Source of the DNA: Phyllobates terribilis
Lineage: Eukaryota
NCBI RefSeq assembly: GCF_046119375.1
Contig: NW_027362767.1
Location: 247,070,001 to 247,134,000 of the forward strand
Direction of reading: 5' to 3'
Length of the DNA stretch: 64,000 nt
Shown here: positions 20,622-34,353 of the stretch, in pieces
How positions within the stretch are numbered: position 1 is the stretch's first letter
How the letters are laid out: each line of letters begins with the position of its first letter
Translations under genes and position numbers: made by a program
The notes under the pieces: model-generated
The model's input: the letters and a program-made list of their open reading frames with translations, nothing else
Database searches by the model: none
What the model was told of the DNA's origin: nothing

Positions 20622-23316
20622 TTAAATCAGCTGATTATAGGGGGTGCAGGGAGTCGGACCCTCACTGATCTGATACTGATGACTTTACCTAAGGAGAGGT
20701 TATCAGTCATCCTAGAAACCTCTTTAATGTTTGATTTTAGACTGCCCTCCAATCAGAGCTGCCCAGCTCCCCAATAATCCGACATGTTCCTACTGAGACA
20801 GAGCGGGATTCTGCACCGTAAACTTTATTTATATCACAGACCTGAGACGTTACATGTAACCAGCAAACTCCTACAGAAAGGTCTAATCACCAGTCATAAG
20901 ATAATCACTTTACAGTCCAGCATTTACCGTGTCGTGTTCTAGATTTACAGAAAAAAAAAAGATCCTTTTAAGTCAATGTTCATCCAACGGTCTCAGGACA
21001 TGCTGGGAGTTGTAGTTCTGCAATGGCTGGACAGCCCCAGGTTGCAGAACACTAACATTAGTAATTGGATGATCCTTTATATTAATGTGGACAATACTGT
21101 AGTTATCCTAGATCAAGAACAATCACTCCCAGCAGATCAGCGATCCTATGTATGTTATTGGAAGATCTTGGGTGTTCTAGAGCACCCCCAATAAAGACAC
21201 CATTGACTACAAGTCTATTTCCATCTGTTTCTGGAAAAGCTGGGAGTGACTTGTGTCATATCCCCCATAAGGATAAGGAAACCCAGCGTTTCCTAAAGTG
21301 GACGGGTCCTCTCTCCTCCTGTAAATAATACAATCATCCTGGATCATCTTCTCTTAGAAGAAAGCATTGTGTCATTCCTCTGTTATTCCTCCTGGAAATA
21401 TATTTTTTTTTATGTACTTTGACACTGTTCAATCAGTGTAGCGACAAGAAGGTGGTAACACCCAGTTGTCGATTTATTCATACATTTCCAGGGAAGAATA
21501 ACAGAGGAAGCCTTACGGCAGAAGGCCTCATCCAGAAATAAGATATAATTATAAAACAGCTCTTTTAATAATTCCCAAATATATTTATAGAAAATGTTCA
21601 CATCAGACCCCCCCTGAGCTAGAAAGTTCTGTAAGTAAAATAAGATCTCCCCCGGCCCGCACCCCGCATACAATCCGTCTACTATATACAGTAATGCCAC
21701 AGCGAGTCTTGTAAACAGTTCAGTCTGGGTCTGTGGTTCTGACTCCATCTCCTCCTATGAGGCCTGTACCCAGAAAAAATGGGAAATGTTAAAAAGTGTA
21801 GGATTAAAGGGATATTCCCAGGCCTCATTGGTGGGATCCTCATCTACTATACATTTATATCCCATACTAAGAATACGACATAAATATACGAGATGGGAGT
21901 CCCTTTAAAGTACCATTGTCATGTAACCGTGACCCTTTAAGGGCAGGTTCACATGCTGCAGATTTTTCCATTGCAAGTTTCACCTCCCATACATTGAAAA
22001 AAGGGGGACAAAATCTGCATCGGATTTTAACCTTTTCCTCTTTTTTTTTATTTTTCCCTCAACAGCAGAATAGGGGCTGGTACAAAACTTTGCAAAAAAA
22101 TAGTTTTGTGCCATAATTTTTTTTCTTTTACTTTTCCGTCGGCGGAGCTTGTTTTATTGGCACCATTTTGGGCGACGTACAATGTTTATTGAGGGAGATG
22201 CGGCAACAACCCAAAAAATGGAAATTCTGGTGTTTCAATTTTTTTTTTCTTTTTTTACCAGTACGTCCTACCCAGGGAAGGAGCTAAGAGCAGCTCCGCG
22301 GGTCAGTTTCCATGTGGAAAAATTCTGCATCGTGAGGATCAGTAAAATCTCATCTTCATGCCCGATACTGTAATACTCTGCGGATTTTACCTGCACAAAT
22401 GTCCAGGTGAAATATGCAGCTTTTCCCTGCTGTGCGGACCACCTACCCTAAAGATGTCAATAGGGGTTGTCCAGGACTTAGATATTCATGACCTATCCTT
22501 AGGTACCTTGGTTTTCTTGTTTTGCAAACCCACTGTTCCCTGACTGCAACTTTTTAGTAAAAATAAAAAATCAAATATTGCCTTACTCACCCTCCTGGGT
22601 CCAGCAGAGTCTCCGCAGCACTAGAGCACTGCAGCCAGTGACTGGGCGCTGAGGCTCTGCCCAAGTTGCTGGTAAGAGCCGCTGAGCTTTCTAATTGGAT
22701 GCAGCGCTGTGAATAATGACAGACACTGGGAGCAGCAATGGAGACTCAGTACTGGACCCAGGGAGGGTGAGTTAGGCTCTTTTTCCTCGATTTTTTTTTA
22801 ATCAAAAGAAGCTGTATTTTGGGGGTTTCCAAAACCGAAAAACCTCTTTAATTTCAATTGGAGCTGAGCTGAAGTACCAAGAACGGCCACTACACAGTGC
22901 ATAGCGCTGTGCTCCGTACACTGCACATCAGGACCTGCACCCAGCTGATCGGTGTCTGAGGGTAGGTCCTCACCATCTTATTCCTGGACAACCCCCGATG
23001 CTTTATGGAGGAGAAGCTCTTTCCTTACTGTGGCGTCCATTTTAGCAGGACAGTGGGTAGCGGGTAGTCCGCCATTTTCCCATATGGGTCTCATTAATAA
23101 CACTGGCACTTTAATTAGCAGTTTGTTGTACGGATACTACATTCACTTCTGACAGCTGAGAGTTAATATGTGGATTCTATTCCTATCTGCAAGACTGCAT
23201 GGTGCCGACCCCCTGCTGGCAGGTGGGCACTAATGTGAAGTGTGCCTCTGCCGTTCTCCAATGTTCAGGCTCCATGGGTGATAGGTTGTGCCCAGTGTGG
23301 CAGTAAAGCTTCAGGG

Positions 23317-26300
23317 TCACAGCTCATCCCGTGACGCAGAGCGCAGTCCATGAGGCACGTTCCCCCGAGAATCCTTCAGGGTCTTCTGGGATCCGCTCCA
23401 GTCGGTCCGCACGTTGTCGTCATCCCAGAGTGTGGATGTCTCGGTGTCGCTTTCCCAGCTGGGATCCCCGGTGTAATGAGTGGGGTAAACGAGAAGAGGA
23501 TGCACGGAGAAAACCTTCAGGTCTCGGATGGGAAAATTACTTTTATATTCCTTGCTGCAAAATTAAGGTAAAAAGGACGTCAAGGGGGAATGGACACAGA
23601 AGATACCGAGGGTCCCAACATGGCGGCACCTACTTTGGATGCGTGTCTGACATGATGGGCAGGAACTCATCTACTGGGAGCATCTTAGAGAGCGGCTCCG
23701 CATTCAGCAGCTTCTGCGCCCCCTGCAGGGAGATCATATAACACAGGGTCCAATAGGAGTAATCGGCCTCCACTAGGTTCCGCACGTTCTCCACCGGATT
23801 CTCGGGATCTATGGTCACTTGTTTCCTTCCTATATATCTGTAATAGGAAGAGTCGTCAGTTCTTACCCACAGACGCCATCACAGACCACCAGCAATACGC
23901 CGACGGCACCTTACATCAGGTCCCATTCAAGCTCCGCACTGCGGACATCACCCAGGAGTCGAATCATCTTTCTCTTGAAATAGGATTCAAAGCGGACGTC
24001 GTCCTCGAACACCAGAGTCACCTCTAGACGCCGATCTGCGATCTGAAACATGGAGGCTAGATTTTACTGCAGGAGATAAAACAAATGTGCATTGTCTTCT
24101 GCTGCTATAACTATCTTTTATAAAATACACAATAAAGCTGATAGGATCAACACATATCCACCCCAACAAGATTCACCTATACAGGCCTATATTATAGCCC
24201 CAGCCCCCCTGAGGAAGCCTGTATAGGCGAAACTTGTTGGGGTGGATATGTCTTGATCCTATCAGCTTTATTGTGTATTTTATAAAAGATAGTTATCCAA
24301 ATGATGCTGTATTGTTCCATGGACTGCAGTCATGGTGTATAGTTAGGATAGTATATATCTTATAGTGCAAATGCATTATCAGCAGAAAGGACAAGACTCT
24401 AAACACCTATGAGTCCAGTTTGAAAAGGAAAATACAGGTTCACTACTGTAATTTTAAATCTTTACCAAGTTAAAAGAGAATATAATAAAAGTTAATTTTT
24501 TAATACATCCCGTTATTTGGGCTTATTTACCCTTTGGGTAATTTGGTAGTAGGGGGTGTATTGATTTCAACTACTTACAACAGCGCCATAGACCATGACT
24601 GACCGGAAACTAATATCCTTGAGCTCTGCCAAAGCCCTGTTCTTGGAATCGCTGGGGGTCCCAACAGTCAGACCCCAAGTAAACAGTTACTTATAGGATA
24701 ACTTAATATCTTGAGAAAACCCCTTTGAAAAGGGTAAATTTGAAAATGACAGCCCATTTCCATACAGATTTCATGGAGGGGGTCGTGTTCAGGATATCCC
24801 CTGCATGGAGAGTAGAGAGCCGCCCGATACTCGTGGTACCCCACTCTGACGGACTTGCCTGTACCAACAGTGATTTGCAAGGCTGCCATCTAACACTATT
24901 GCCCCCTACGGCGGCTTCCATTCAAGAAGAGTCAACCCCTTTAAATATACACCCAAAGCAGCCAATGGGTTGGGGGCTACAATGCAATCAGAGGTGGTGC
25001 AACATCAGAGGTCTCTGCTCAGGCAGCACCCCCATCACTCAGAGGGTTATTTCCAACATTTCACGTTCGCACCGAATGGGATAAATGACAATTTGCAGAT
25101 CAATGGGGGTCCCTGACCGATTTAAAAAAAAAAGGAGTGGGGGGCTCTTTTGTCTCTCTGCATTTTGGGACTGCTGAAAAATTGCAAATTCTCCCCTTCA
25201 GCAATCCCATAGAGAATGAATGTCACGCATATACAGCCACTGATTCTGATGAGGGCATTTGTGAGCATCGTTCCCAGGGCTGAGACCCCCACCGATCTGC
25301 AAGCTATCCATCTGTCCTGTGGATCTGTGATAACTTCAAATGTTAATCCATAAGCCCCCCGCCCCTATGGACATTGTGACAGAAGAGAGCATTAGATGTT
25401 ACCTCTTTCCAGATTTTAAAATGGCTGAGGAAACAGCCCACCTCCCCTTTCGTGAGGGTCCGACCTGAGAACGGATCATAGAATCCCGGCAGCAGGTTCA
25501 CGCCCAAACGCTTGATGTCGCTGCTGTTCAGGGCCCTATAGGAAGAGTAAAACACCCGGCGATGTATCTACAGCCATAGATATAAACACGTGGCATCAGC
25601 ATGACTGCTGCGCTGTGACGTTAGACTGCAGCGGTCTACAGGACCTCGCAGCGCGGCTGTCTGATCTGATGAGCAGTGCAGGTTTCAGTCTGTGCCGCTG
25701 ACAGCTCTCACAGCATCCATCCCTGCCCCCCCCACCATCAGGTCCAACACTTGCTTCCCCCCGGGATACTCCTCTATTGCACAGTGCACAGCCCAGCTGC
25801 TGCAGAACCTGATGGATTGACGTTAAGTTCCGCGTTTCCCAGTATGGACAGGTTGTGCAGCAGCTGCCGAGCCTCTTTGGGGACCGTAGGGGAACGCCAT
25901 GAATATAATTCAGGAAATGTTTTGATTTCAAATACTCATATGATGCATATCTATAGACGTATGCGAGAATTGTGTGCAAATACCACATTCTGTCCATTGT
26001 ACAGAGATAAGCGGCACCTGAGATACATTCACTTGTGTGGAAAGTGCGCTCTACAACCATTGATTGACATGATTACACACCTCGTCTGCTGCAGAACCTC
26101 GCCATACGCCTCGTCTGCTGCAGAACCTCGCCATACGCCTCGGCTGCTGCAGAACCTCATAATACGCCTCGGCTGCTGCAGAACCTCATAATACGCCTCG
26201 GCTGCTGCAGAACCTCATAATACACACGTCAGCTACTGCAGAACCTCATAATACACACGTCAGCTACTGCAGAGCCTCGTAATACACCTCAGCTACTGCA

Positions 26301-29300
26301 GAACCTCGTAATACACACCTCAGCTACTGCAGAACCTCAAAATATACACGTCAGCTACTGCAGAACCTCATAATACACCTCAGCTATTGCAGAACCTCAT
26401 AATACACACATCAGCTACTGCAGAGCCTCGTAATACACCTCAGCTGCTGCAGAACCTCATAATACGCCTCGGCTGCTGCAGAACCTCATAATACACACGT
26501 CAGCTACTGCAGAGCCTCGTAATACACCTCAGCTGCTGCAGAACCTCATAATACGCCTCGGCTGCTGCAGAACCTCATAATATGCCTCAGCTGCTGCAGG
26601 ACCTCATAATACACCCGTCAGCTACTGCAGAGCCTTGTAACACACCTCAGCTGCTGCAGAACCTCATAATACACACCTCAGCTGCTGCAGAATACTATCA
26701 TACACAGCTCAGCTGCTGCAGAACCTCATAATACACCTCAGCTGCTGCAGAACCTCATAATACACCTCAGCTGCTGCAGAACCTCATAATACACCTCAGC
26801 TGCTTCGGTCTTTATGAAAGGACATTGGTGCTTAATACTAATCAATTAATTTTGGACAGGAAGCCGCTATTTTTAGGTTTTATTCCCAGTGTTGGATCCG
26901 ATATGAGATTACCTTCCATCCACGGCATCCACCACGTGGCAGGATATTTCTTGTTCATACAGGGATCTCTGCATTCTCTCGCGACGTTCAGGGCGACGGA
27001 GAAGATTTATGAGAAATACCTAAAGCAGATAAACAGGTGCATTACAGGAGAGGGGATGGAAGGGGGCATCGTGCAGAGGACGGTGCATTACAGGAGAGGG
27101 GATGGTAGGGGGCATCGTGCAGAGGACGGTGCATTACAGGAGAGGGGATGGAAGGGGGCATCGTGCAGAGGACGGTGCATTACAGGAGAGGGGATGGAAG
27201 GGGGCATCATGCAGAGGACGGTGCATTACAGGAGAGGGGATGGACGGGGGCATCGTGCAGAGGACGGTGCATTACAGGAGAGGGGATGGACGGGGCATCG
27301 TGCAGAGGACGGTGCATTACAGGAGAGGGGATGGACGGGGGCATCGTGCAGAGGAGGGTGCATTACAGGAGAGGGGATGGACGGGGGCATCGTGCAGAGG
27401 AGGGTGCATTACAGGAGAGGGGCTGGACGGGGGCATCGTGCAGAGGAGGGTTCATTACAGGAGAGGGGCTGGACGGGGGTATCGTGCAGAGGAGGGTTCA
27501 TTACAGGAGAGGGGCTGGACGGGGGCATCGTGCAGAGGAGGGTGCATTACAGGAGAGGGGCTGGACGGGGGCATCGTGCAGAGGAGGGTGCATTACAGGA
27601 GAGGGGCTGGACGGGGGCATCGTGCAGAGGAGGGTGCATTACAGGAGAGGGGCTGGACGGGGGCATCGTGCAGAGGACGGTGCATTACAGGAGAGGGGAT
27701 GGACGGGGGCATCGTGCAGAGGACGGTGCATTACAGGAGAGGGGATGGACGGGGGCATCGTGCAGAGGACTGTGCATTACAGGAGAGGGGATGGACGGGG
27801 GTATCGTGCAGAGGACGGTACATTACAGGAGAGGGGATGGACGGGGGCATCGTGCAGAGGACGGTGCATTATAGGAGAGGGAATGGACGGGGGTATCGTG
27901 CAGAGGACGGTGCATTACAGGAGAGGGGCTGGACGGGGGTATCGTGCAGAGGAGGGTGCATTACAGGAGAGGGGCTGGACGGGGGTATCGTGCAGAGGAC
28001 GGTGCATTACAGGACAAGGGATGGACGGAGGCATCGTGCAGAGGACGGTGCATTACAGGAGAGGGAATGGACGGGGGTATCGTGCAGAGGAGGGTGCATT
28101 ACAGGAGAGGGAATGGACGGGGGTATCGTGCAGAGGACGGTGCATTACAGGAGAGGGGCTGGACGGGGGTATCGTGCAGAGGAGGGTGCATTACAGGAGA
28201 GGGGCTGGACGGGGGTATCGTGCAGAGGACGGTGCATTACAGGACAAGGGATGGACGGAGGCATCGTGCAGAGGACGGTGCATTACAGGAGAGGGAATGG
28301 ACGGGGGTATCGTGCAGAGGAGGGTGCATTACAGGAGAGGGAATGGACGGGGGTATCGTGCAGAGGAGGGTGCTTTACAGGAGAGGGAATGGACGGGGGT
28401 ATCGTGCAGAGGACAGTGCGTTACAGGAGAGGGGATGGACGGGGGTATCGTGCAGAGGAGGGTGCATTACAGGTGAGGGGATGGACGGGGGTATCGGGCA
28501 GAGGAGGGGTGCATTACAGGAGAGGGAATGGACGGGGGTATCGTGCAGAGGAGGGTGCATTACAGGAGAGGGGCTGGACGGGCGTATCGTGCAGAGGATG
28601 AAGGCACCCAGATCCTTGCTGTTAGCTCAGGGGCCGTCATCTTCATCCTTTTATCACATCAGATTAATGGAAATTATGTCCAATACACCGAGCATCTTAG
28701 GAAGAGGTCTCCTCCCGGACATGGACACCCAAAATATATGATGTACACAAACCTCATCAAATCCCATCTTGTCTGGTTGCTTTTCCGGCAGGGACACGTA
28801 TGTGGACGGAGTGAATGTGAAGCCTTCCACTGCAAGACAGAAAGCTGAAGGTGAACGTACGGCAGAGAGCGATGACCGGGGCGGATAACAGGAGACCGCT
28901 CTTAGAGGATTTTCCTTCTTTGCCTCATTACAGAAGGTGATTCCTTCAGAAAGATTCCCGCTGCTGCAAATCCCTACAATCTGAACAATGAATGAGCAGG
29001 GGATGCTGGTAGATTTCAGCTCTGAAGCTGTGAATGCAGTTCCCTACTATAGCACAATTATTGTGGCGTATGTGTGTGTATCTATGGCCACATACACTAT
29101 TACGATCCTCTTTGGATGTGTCGGTGCTCACCCATCGCTTCCAGTAGGAGGTGTACAAAATTAAGCTGGTCGTCCTCCAGGTCGTGGTGCGGCAGCGGTG
29201 GTACATTGATGTATCCGAAACGATGCTGATTGCTAACGTAACCTTGTACTCCTGAAACAAAGAACGGTTACCAACCACCGGGACAAAGCCATGGAAAAGA

Positions 29301-31539
29301 CCGACGTCTTCCTATACGTACCGGACGCCAAACATGAGTATGCAAAAACTATGACGTCATCAAAGGTCCAGGTGTAATTTGGGTGAGGGGGGTAGAACGC
29401 CAGCCTGCTGCTCTCTTCCCTGCGCAGGTCCAGCAGGAAGGTGGAGTGCACCATGGGGACAGGGAAGCAGCCGACGCGCTGGCGGTTCTTTGTGGGGTAA
29501 TAATCTGGCGTCCGGCGATAAAAGCCCTGACAACAGGAATGAAGATAATTACTGACAATACCAATTTGTCAAAGAGATGGGGGGATAACTCCTCAATTGC
29601 TGCGGGAGGGGCGACCGCTGGGACCCCCACCGATCCTTAGAAGGGGCTCTGAATCAGAGCAGTGGTCGGCACATTCATTCTAATGGGAGTGCCGACAACA
29701 GCCGAGCATTGCACTGTTATCTCCGGAAGACCCACTAAGGATGAATGCGTGTGATCAACCACCGCTCTGATTAAGAGCCCCGATCCTCTGGATCAGTGGT
29801 CGGACCTCCATCAACCCAGAATGGATAGGGGATAACTTCCAAACTTTAGACAACCCCTTTTAAGGGGTAGTCCTGTTGCAGATGACCACAGGTCTGAATC
29901 CCAGGAGCCATGGCTGTGGTGGTTCCGCTAGAGCCGATTATCAGCTCTGGTTTACATAAGGGGGTCCCAGGTGGTTGTCCTCTCCCCTTATGAGGTCCAT
30001 GTGCCCTACTAGGGTCAAGCGAAAACATTTGCATTATTGGTCACGTACCTGCGGAGTTATCCCGCACCAAAAGTTAGAGAATCCAGTCTGGGCATCCAAC
30101 ATGGGCGCCACCAGGGTCTTATTCAAAGCCATGAGCAACTGCAAGGTCTGAACATTGGTCAGGACGTTGTCTGCATCTGTGAACTGGAGGATCAAAATAG
30201 GACAAGTCGCCATTTTTCTTCAGTCCGCAAAAAGCTACTGACTTGTGAACAGCCCCACGTTCTATCTGGTAGAAAACGTATGGGAAAAGCCACGTGTGAA
30301 TGAGGCCTTACCAGAATATAGTCGGCCTTGTTCTCTCTGGCGTAATCCAAGGCCTCCTGTCTGAGCCGCATCACATGTTCATAGCGCTCCACGGGCCAGT
30401 GTTTAGGACCAGTTTCCTCAGGATACCATCTGTAAAGCAAAGAATAGAGGCAAGAATAAACATGTGCCCTATAATACTGCCGCCATGCATTGCCCAAATA
30501 ATGCCGCCAAACAGTGCTCAGAACCAAAGGGAAAGAAAGTGGTTAGATAGGAGCTGTCACATTGGGTTGGTGATGTTAGAGTGATTGGGGTCTGACCACC
30601 AGGACCCCCAGGGCTAGGGGGTGAGTTTGCAGCGGTGGTTGAGCATGCACCCCGATTTACTGAGTTGTATTAAAAAATTAAAAGGGTCTTCCAGCCTACA
30701 TAATTGTAAGATCGGTGCAGGTCACTTAGATTTACTAGCAGCCCCCTTGGGTGCAAGGCCATGGGCAGGAGGGGTTTATAGGAGCCGCTGGCAGAGCGTG
30801 TGCCCTGTGGCTCCACTCTAGGTCTATGGCTCTGCTGCGCTCTGCTACCTGCATACACTAAACGGCGCCGGATCCATTAACAATGGCGCCCAATGGACCC
30901 AGTCATTGGGGTTTTGCTGCATGTCACGCTTTTTTTTCCTCTACGACTTTGGAAAAAAATGACTCCAGGACAAGAGGGAAGGAATTTTCCGGCACGGCGC
31001 GAGGACCCCTCAGCTATATGGCGAAGTATGTGACAAGCCCGGGCGTGCGGACGTCACCTGGGCGATTCCTGCGCTCTCCACACCACGGAGCGATACGAGG
31101 GCCGCACCGACTCCAGCCACCCCCGCAGCACCTCCAGCGTCCCGTCCTCATTGTGGTCCGTCACACTCCTGCGCAAAAGACAAAAAAAACATAGGAAATT
31201 ACAGGTCAAGGGCAGCTAAAGATGGCTGCATATATAAAGCCAGCGAATGGGGTCACACCCAGAAAAGTTAAACTTTCTGATAGCAATGTGACCCCACTCG
31301 CTTGCACTGTGCATGCTGGGAGTTGTAGTGACTGCAACAATGGCCTCTCACCAGATGGAGGTCCTCTCCCTGGGGTAGTGCAGCCTCTCTAGCGCCCCCA
31401 GGCTGTAGGGCAGCGCATGTGCGGCGTTACGGGCCAGGAGCGCAATGACCAAGGCGGGAGGTGAGGACTCCTCACCGGAGGACGGGAGCAGCAGCCCCGG
31501 CAGGAGAAGAAGCACGACCGCGGCGGCGGCGGGGGCCAT
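23317..31539 (-). CDS. CERCAM: CERCAM / GLT25D3 (COLGALT-family, GT25), 12 coding exons, 587 aa
   Basis: Minus-strand exons 31539-31352, 31168-31058, 30429-30312, 30183-30049, 29526-29322, 29251-29132, 28829-28753, 27019-26913, 25535-25403, 24042-23915, 23837-23634, 23554-23317; GT-AG, phases consistent, total 1764 nt. Signal peptide, [39 protein letters not shown]-terminal RDEL. CGITPQ, PTKNRQR and WSGSQKTL favour CERCAM over COLGALT1/2. Confidence 0.88.
24107..24296. repeat. Inverted repeat (~80-bp arms) with a hammerhead-like core; Penelope-like pLTR remnant
   Basis: Arms 24107-24186 and ~24218-24296 are near-perfect reverse complements; CTGAGGA...GAAAC core at 24209-24233. Confidence 0.6.
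26085..26805. repeat. 29-31-bp minisatellite in CERCAM intron 8
   Basis: Unit CAGAACCTCATAATACRCCTCRGCTGCTG. Confidence 0.9.
27036..28600. repeat. 46-bp G-rich minisatellite filling CERCAM intron 7
   Basis: Unit GTGCATTACAGGAGAGGGGATGGACGGGGGCATCGTGCAGAGGACG, about 34 copies. Confidence 0.95.
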
Positions 31540-32130
31540 GGAGGACGTGTCAGAGGCGGGGAGCGGAGGAGGAGAGGAGGGAGGGCTGTGCCTTGCAGGG
31601 GGCGGCCATGGACCCCTCAGCCCCCTACCTCAGCCCCCGGGTGATATGTAGCAAAGCCTGGAGACATTGCACCCTGCAGCTCCTGTCCATATCTGACTCC
31701 GACCACCGTCCTGGCCGCCATCCCCAGCTTTCCTGCAGCTCTGCATGACCAAAGTGGGTGCAGACAGCACAGAGAGAGGGGAAAGTTGGACCCCAAAGCT
31801 AATAAACATTGCAATATGGCATCACCTAATTTTCCATTTTCCTCCTCCTGTAATATTCCGCCCATACTCTTGTATTGGGGCTTGTTTTTTAGTTTGCGGT
31901 AGGGCTGTAGTTTTATCATCACCTTTTTGGGGTCCGTACGACTTTCCATTTTTTTTGGAACCGTAAAACAGCGATTCTGCCATAAAGATTTTTTTTTCCA
32001 TTTCAGTCCATGATAAATATTGGGATATGTTATCAGTCCGGACAATTACACAGGCGGTGATGCCAAAGTTATTATTTATTTGGGGTTTTTTATTAGATTT
32101 TTCTAGGAAAAGAGAAATATGAACAAATTT

Positions 32131-32262
32131 NNNNNNNNNNNNNNNNNNNNNNNNNNNNNNNNNNNNNNNNNNNNNNNNNNNNNNNNNNNNNNNNNNNNNN
32201 NNNNNNNNNNNNNNNNNNNNNNNNNNNNNNNNNNNNNNNNNNNNNNNNNNNNNNNNNNNNNN
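32131..32262. other. Assembly gap (132 N)
   Basis: Run of N. Confidence 0.99.
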
Positions 32263-33366
32263 AAAATTGCCACCGGCTGTATAGGTGTATAAGCATGGCC
32301 GGCACAGCGGCCTTCAGTGTCCCCTGTCTGCCATGACAATGCCCCACAATCCTATTATTATAGGCGTTTCTAAGGCTAAGTTCCTACAATGAGTTTTCGG
32401 ATGCTGCATATTTCTGCTCAGCAAAAAAAAAAAAAATGCACCGTCTTACTGTTCCAGTAAAGCGGATGGGATTTATAGAAATCTCATGTCCACCGTTTTG
32501 TTTTACCTGTGGTGCGTTTTTTTAAATCTTGCAGTAATTAATAGTTTTTTGGGAGTTTTTTTTTGCAGATTTTTCCCGTACACTTGAGATCGTGAAAAAA
32601 AAATGAAAAAAAAAAGACTAAAAAAAGCATGTTAATTTGCACATGACTGTATCAATAAAGTTTTGTCAAATACCAGGAAATATCAAAAACAGTTTATTTA
32701 AAACATGACATACCAAAAAGAGCCAAAAAAACGCAGCTTAAAAAAAATGTGATAAAAACGTATATAGAAAAAAAAATGCACAAAATACTCATCGTGGGAA
32801 CTTAGCTGTAAATGCCGCTGTCGCAATTTCCAGTGTAATCTAAGGGCAGGGGCGTACATAGGAATCATGGGGCCCCATAGCAGAAGTGCTAAATGGCCCC
32901 CCTCCCCAAATAAAATGTAAGTAATTGTTGGGGTCACAGAGGAGCAGATGTCACAACCTTCCAGCCTTTACATAGTAATTTTCCTCCTGTCCTAGATTCC
33001 TCTTTCATTGCCTCCATAAAGTATGATGCCAATGAAAGTGTCCCCTAAGCACAGTATGATACCCCCATGGTGAATTCCTCCACATGCACAGTATAATGAC
33101 GCCACTGTACCCCACCTCAACTCACAAGGCAAAGCATGGTGACCCCAACACAGTATGATCCCCCAACTGTGAGCCCTAGAGCTAGAGAGGATGGGAGGTA
33201 ATAAGGGAGGGTGTTATACATAATAAAAGAGGAAACTATATAACTAAGGACAGCGCTATACATAAGTGAGTACCCTCTATACTAAGGGACTGTGCTATAC
33301 ATAATAAGTGAGTATGCTATATACTAAGGGACTGTGCTATACATAATAAGTGAGTACACTATATAC

Positions 33367-34353
33367 TGTAACGGGTCTGGGAGGCGGAACCTCTGAGCTA
33401 CTATACAAGGGGGCGGTCCTTGTAAGGGAGCGGGTGGCAATCAGGGATGACGGGCAGGCAGTCACAGCAGGTGACCAGGACAGTCTCTGAGTGGACGGGC
33501 TGGAGGTCACGGAAAGTGACCGGGGCAGTCTCTGGACAAACGGGCAGGGAGTTACGGCAAGTGACCGGGGCAGTCTCTGGATGAACGGGCAGGGAGTTAC
33601 GGCAAGTGACCGGGGCAGTCTCTGGGTAAAGGGTAGGTACGACCTGTGATGGCAGAGCCTCCGGGTAGGCTAGCAGGCAGATGGTAGATGTGTGCTCCCA
33701 GGTGAGCAAGCGAGAGTCTCTGGAATGGTAGGTGGTCACAGCACGTGACGGCGAAGCCTCCAGGTAGGCTAGCAGGCAGGTAACAGGTGGGCGCTCCCAG
33801 GTGAGCGGGCAGGAGTCTCTGGAAAGGCAGATGGTCACAGCACGTGATGGCGGAGCCTCCAGGTAGGCTAGCAGGCAGGTAACAGGTGTGCGCTCCCAGG
33901 TGAGCGGGCAAGCTGGTCCATAGACAGACTGACAGGAGTTGGAAGGCAGACCGTCGGACCTCAGGCTAGCAGGCAGGTGACTGGATATCAGGCAGGACAA
34001 AGGCAGCAAGCTGGCAGGAATCTGGCAGGTAACTGGCAGGTAACTGGCAACGGGACCTGAGGGCTGAAGCACAGGTGAGACACAGGTGCAAACAACATTG
34101 CTCGGGCACCTCCATTTTGGAGGAGGTGCCCTTTATATGGGAGGTCCTCCGGCAATTGGCCGGGGACTCCTTAGGACGGCGCGCGCGGTCCCTTTAAGAG
34201 AGGGGGAGCGCGCGCGCCCTAAGCACACTGCCGGAGAAGGAGCGCGCGCCGGAAGCAGCGGGGAGAGCAGCGCTGGAGGACGCCGCGCCAGGAGCGGGGA
34301 GGTGAGAGGGACGGCGTCTCTGCCTAGAACGGGGCAGAGACGTCGATGCTACA
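33367..34353 (-). repeat. 3' LTR of the Gypsy element
   Basis: Direct repeat of 38553-39539; contains internal ~105-bp and ~39-bp tandem duplications. Confidence 0.95.

Noticed and set aside
26825-28741. 349-, 499-, 442- and 265-aa overlapping + strand ORFs
   Set aside because: They come from a stop-free 46-bp repeat cycling through all frames, antisense inside CERCAM intron 7; no coding evidence.
23317-31539. Naming the GT25 gene COLGALT1 or COLGALT2
   Set aside because: Exon 1 is COLGALT1-like, but internal and C-terminal motifs and 9q34-type neighbours fit CERCAM better.
32093-32347. ORFs containing X runs
   Set aside because: They span the N gap.
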